A DNA stretch of 39,539 nt from Sulfurimonadaceae bacterium (GTDB lineage Bacteria; Campylobacterota; Campylobacteria; Campylobacterales; Sulfurimonadaceae), in assembly GCA_041548245.1 (NCBI GenBank), contig JBFESZ010000008.1:1-39539 (forward strand). Direction: 5' to 3'. Made by a program: the position numbers and the translations under genes. A model generated the notes under the pieces. It had not been told where the DNA came from. It ran no database searches and saw only the letters and a list, made by a program, of their open reading frames with translations. Every line of letters starts with the position of its first letter. Positions within the stretch are counted from its first letter, which is position 1. Below, in pieces: positions 36,828-39,539 of this stretch.

Positions 36828-38243
36828 ATGCAAGCAAAAATATTTTTTGGAAGTACGGAAGCGACAAAAGAAAAGATAAGTGAGCGACGTTCTCCATTTG
36901 ATAATACGGTTGTTTCAAGTGCGCCGGTATGTGATGCCGATGATACGATCAAAGCACTTAAAATTGCTCAAACAGCAGCCCCTCTTGCTAAAGCTTCTAC
37001 GGTAGCGCAACGTTGTAATTGGCTCTTGGATGTTGCCTCAAAATTGAAAGCAAACAGAGAAGATATCGCACGAACGATTACGGACGAAGTGGGTAAGCCA
37101 TTAATGTTCTCACGCGTTGAGGTTGATCGTGCGATCGAGACGGTGACACTCTCTGCTGAGACCATGCGTACGATGCATGGTGAGACTATCAACACGGATG
37201 CTATGCCTAGCGGAAAGAAAGCGATATCGTACTTTTTCAGAGAACCAGTCGGCGTTGTCTCAGCGATCACACCTTTTAACTTTCCATTGAACCTGGTCGC
37301 GCATAAACTGGCCCCGGCGCTTGTTTCTGGAAACTGTGTTGTACTGAAACCGACGCCTGAGGCTCCATTGACTGCCTATAAGTTCGCAAAGCTTTTTATT
37401 GAGAGTGAATATGCCATTAAAGATGCTCTTTCAGTCGTCTATGGCGATGTTGAAGTGGGATCGACTCTTGTTGAGAGCGATATACCGCGTGTCATCAGTT
37501 TTACCGGTTCAGTCCCTGTTGGAAATATCATCACCAAATCAGCTGGAATAAAGAAGATATCTTTAGAACTCGGTGGTAATGCGGCGACCTTTATTGACCG
37601 ATCGGCTGATATGGAATTGGCAGCACAACGTTGTGCACTGGGTGCCTTTGTCAATTCAGGTCAAGTCTGTATATCATTGCAGCGTATTTATGTCCATGAA
37701 GATATCTATGATATCTTTGCGCAAAAGATGGCGGAAGAGACAGCTAAACTCAAGGTGGGTTCACCGTATGAGGATGAGACTTTTATGGGGCCGCTTATTA
37801 ATGATGAGGCTGCACAAAGGGCTATGGGCTGGGTGCAGTCTGCTATTGACGAGGGTGCGCGTGCTATTACAGAGGTAAGATGTGAAGGTCGTATGTTTTA
37901 TCCATGTGTTATGGCAGATGTACGTGACGATATGGCAATTGTCTGTGAAGAGGTGTTCGCTCCCATTGTCAGTCTTGTAAAAGTCAAGGACTTTGATGAT
38001 GCTGCTCCGAGAATGAATAACTCGCCTTACGGCTTACAGTACTCTGTTTTTACTAATGACTTAAAATTGACTCAGCGTGCTGTCTCTGAACTGGATGCAG
38101 GCGGAATTGTGATCAATGATATGCCGACATTGCGCTTTGACATTCAGCCTTATGGCGGTGTGAAACTAAGTGGAGTGGGGCGTGAAGGGCCTCGTTTTGC
38201 TATCGAGGAGTTTACGGAGATCAAATCAGTCGTGATCTGTTAG
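36828..38243 (+). CDS. NAD(P)-dependent aldehyde dehydrogenase
   Basis: TPFNFP, FTGS, LELGGN, GQVCIS (catalytic Cys), EEVFAP, PYGGVKLSG.GREG. Substrate unknown. Confidence 0.95.
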   Translation: MQAKIFFGSTEATKEKISERRSPFDNTVVSSAPVCDADDTIKALKIAQTAAPLAKASTVAQRCNWLLDVASKLKANREDIARTITDEVGKPLMFSRVEVDRAIETVTLSAETMRTMHGETINTDAMPSGKKAISYFFREPVGVVSAITPFNFPLNLVAHKLAPALVSGNCVVLKPTPEAPLTAYKFAKLFIESEYAIKDALSVVYGDVEVGSTLVESDIPRVISFTGSVPVGNIITKSAGIKKISLELGGNAATFIDRSADMELAAQRCALGAFVNSGQVCISLQRIYVHEDIYDIFAQKMAEETAKLKVGSPYEDETFMGPLINDEAAQRAMGWVQSAIDEGARAITEVRCEGRMFYPCVMADVRDDMAIVCEEVFAPIVSLVKVKDFDDAAPRMNNSPYGLQYSVFTNDLKLTQRAVSELDAGGIVINDMPTLRFDIQPYGGVKLSGVGREGPRFAIEEFTEIKSVVIC

Positions 38244-38689
38244 TGCAAAAGGTCGCTATTTCAGCCTGCCTACTTGGCGAATATTGCCGCTACGACGGCC
38301 AAAGCAAAGAGGACAATGCGGTAATTGACAGGTTCAAAGAAGCTTTGATCATTCCTTTTTGTCCTGAGGCTCCTGTACTTGGAACGCCAAGAGAACGTAT
38401 CTCCGTCATTAAAGATAAAGACGTTTATTCTCTCATCGGTGATGAGAGCGGTATGGATGTTACAGAAGCCATTGTCGCTCAGGTTGACCTCTTGGCTCAA
38501 GAACATCCCAATTTGGATATGATCGTCTTGAAATCTAAGTCACCTTCATGCGGTCTTGGTACAACACCTATCCTGGATGGGAGTAGAAATACGATAGCGT
38601 TTGAAGATGGTATCGCAGCGCGACGTTTACAAGAGAAATACCCCGATATAGTTATCGTGGATGAACATAATATCAACAAAGGAGAATAG
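38243..38689 (+). CDS. DUF523 / 2-thiouracil desulfurase (TudS)-family Fe-S protein
   Basis: SACLLG..CRYDG, CPE, LKSKSPSCG motifs; GTG overlaps the ALDH stop. Confidence 0.88.
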   Translation: MQKVAISACLLGEYCRYDGQSKEDNAVIDRFKEALIIPFCPEAPVLGTPRERISVIKDKDVYSLIGDESGMDVTEAIVAQVDLLAQEHPNLDMIVLKSKSPSCGLGTTPILDGSRNTIAFEDGIAARRLQEKYPDIVIVDEHNINKGE

Positions 38690-39157
38690 ATGTTAGAAGT
38701 AGGGAGTAAGGCACCAGAGTTTTGTCTGCCAAATCAGGATGATGTGGAGATCTGTTCACGTGATCTGAAGGGAAAATGGATCGTTTTGTATTTTTATCCG
38801 AAAGATAATACACCGGGTTGTACGACAGAGGCGTGTGAGTTTACAGAAGCGGAACCGGAGTTCGACAAACTCAATGCGATCATTCTTGGAGTCAGTGCGG
38901 ACAGTACTAAAAAACACCGCAGCTTTATTGAGAAGAAAGCGCTCGGTATCACACTGCTTTCAGATGAGAGTACAGAGATGATGCAGGAGTATGGTGTCTG
39001 GCAGCTTAAGAAGAACTATGGAAAAGAGTATATGGGAATCGTTCGTACGACACTGATCATAGACCCCAAAGGTGTTATCCAGGCGGTATGGAACAATGTC
39101 CGTGTTAAAGAGCATGTGGCCAAAGTTCAAGAGAAACTGGCTGAACTACAAGCGTAA
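38690..39157 (+). CDS. bcp: Thioredoxin-dependent thiol peroxidase (BCP/PrxQ)
   Basis: LYFYPKDNTPGCTTEAC, GVSAD, RTTLIID. Confidence 0.96.
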   Translation: MLEVGSKAPEFCLPNQDDVEICSRDLKGKWIVLYFYPKDNTPGCTTEACEFTEAEPEFDKLNAIILGVSADSTKKHRSFIEKKALGITLLSDESTEMMQEYGVWQLKKNYGKEYMGIVRTTLIIDPKGVIQAVWNNVRVKEHVAKVQEKLAELQA

Positions 39158-39168
39158 ACCTCGTTACA

Positions 39169-39188
39169 CATCTTGCTCAGGCAAGGTG
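39169..39188 (+). terminator. Hairpin after bcp (possible terminator)
   Basis: CATCTTGC-TCAG-GCAAGGTG between convergent genes; weak U tail. Confidence 0.45.
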
Positions 39189-39279
39189 CCTTCATTTGTA
39201 GATATCATTACTTTAAAGTCGTTGTTGAAAAAAATGTTAAGAAGAAGTGACAAACCCGCGTAAAGCGAGAAAGTCGTTT

Positions 39280-39537
39280 TTAGTAGCGGTAGCGTAGATA
39301 GACACGAAGGTCTTGTGCTTTGTCTACAACCATGCCACCCGCACCACCAAGTACAGCCTGTTCCATTGTGAATGGCGTACCTGTTCCAGAAGAGCCATCT
39401 GCTGCACCACCAAAGAAACCGTTAGAACCAGAATAGTCATAATCGATATAGGTATAACGGATCTGAAGGCTTAGTACATCATCTACTAAAGGCTCAGTGA
39501 AATAAGCTTCATAGGCATCACCACGTGCAGCTACTTT
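39280..39537 (-). CDS. 3' end of a DUF3373-like outer-membrane beta-barrel protein (truncated by window; absent from the ORF track)
   Basis: My translation of the minus strand gives KVAARGDAYEAYFTEPLVDDVLSLQIRYTYIDYDYSGSNGFFG...DKAQDLRVYLRYRY* (TAA at 39282-39280). It has alternating amphipathic strands and an aromatic C-terminal residue. Confidence 0.75.
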   Translation of the reverse strand, partial: KVAARGDAYEAYFTEPLVDDVLSLQIRYTYIDYDYSGSNGFFGGAADGSSGTGTPFTMEQAVLGGAGGMVVDKAQDLRVYLRYRY

Positions 39538-39539
39538 AG

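Noticed and set aside
1-39539. CRISPR arrays, tRNA/rRNA genes, IS/integrase/prophage genes, long poly-G phase-variation tracts, frameshifted genes
   Set aside because: None seen. Intergenic spaces are short, there are no periodic repeats, and the recognised genes appear full length.

Overview
Gene-dense chromosomal segment from a Campylobacterota (epsilonproteobacterial) bacterium, probably a Sulfurimonas/Sulfurovum-like organism. This is inferred from protein families, gene order and gnTAnaAT promoters. The backbone is conserved housekeeping order: nif3-zinc ribbon-waaA-rluA-like-ffh-rpsP-KH-rimM-trmD-rplS; moaA-queE-queD; rsmE-rpmE-rsmI-rlmB-aminotransferase-hom-yraN-trxA-trxB-dapB-purF; ilvE-SPFH-hisIE-2xDUF2393; bcp. 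I found no tRNA, rRNA, CRISPR array, transposase or integrase. The interest lies in small insertions and non-coding structure. (1) Between ffh and rpsP sits a Cys-less Crp/Fnr regulator plus hsp20, with a perfect GCCAC-TTAA-GTGGC palindrome at the predicted -41.5 position. (2) A ~230-nt, multi-helix, G-U-rich RNA that I cannot assign to a known family lies upstream of rpsP. (3) A lone PAS protein and an orphan Cys-type FdhF-like molybdoenzyme lie between hom and yraN. (4) A Cys-free thioredoxin-like membrane protein lies between trxA and trxB. (5) A truncated globin is divergent from an ALDH-DUF523-bcp operon. There are also several candidate leaders and operators. All structure and motif calls were made by eye and need computational confirmation.
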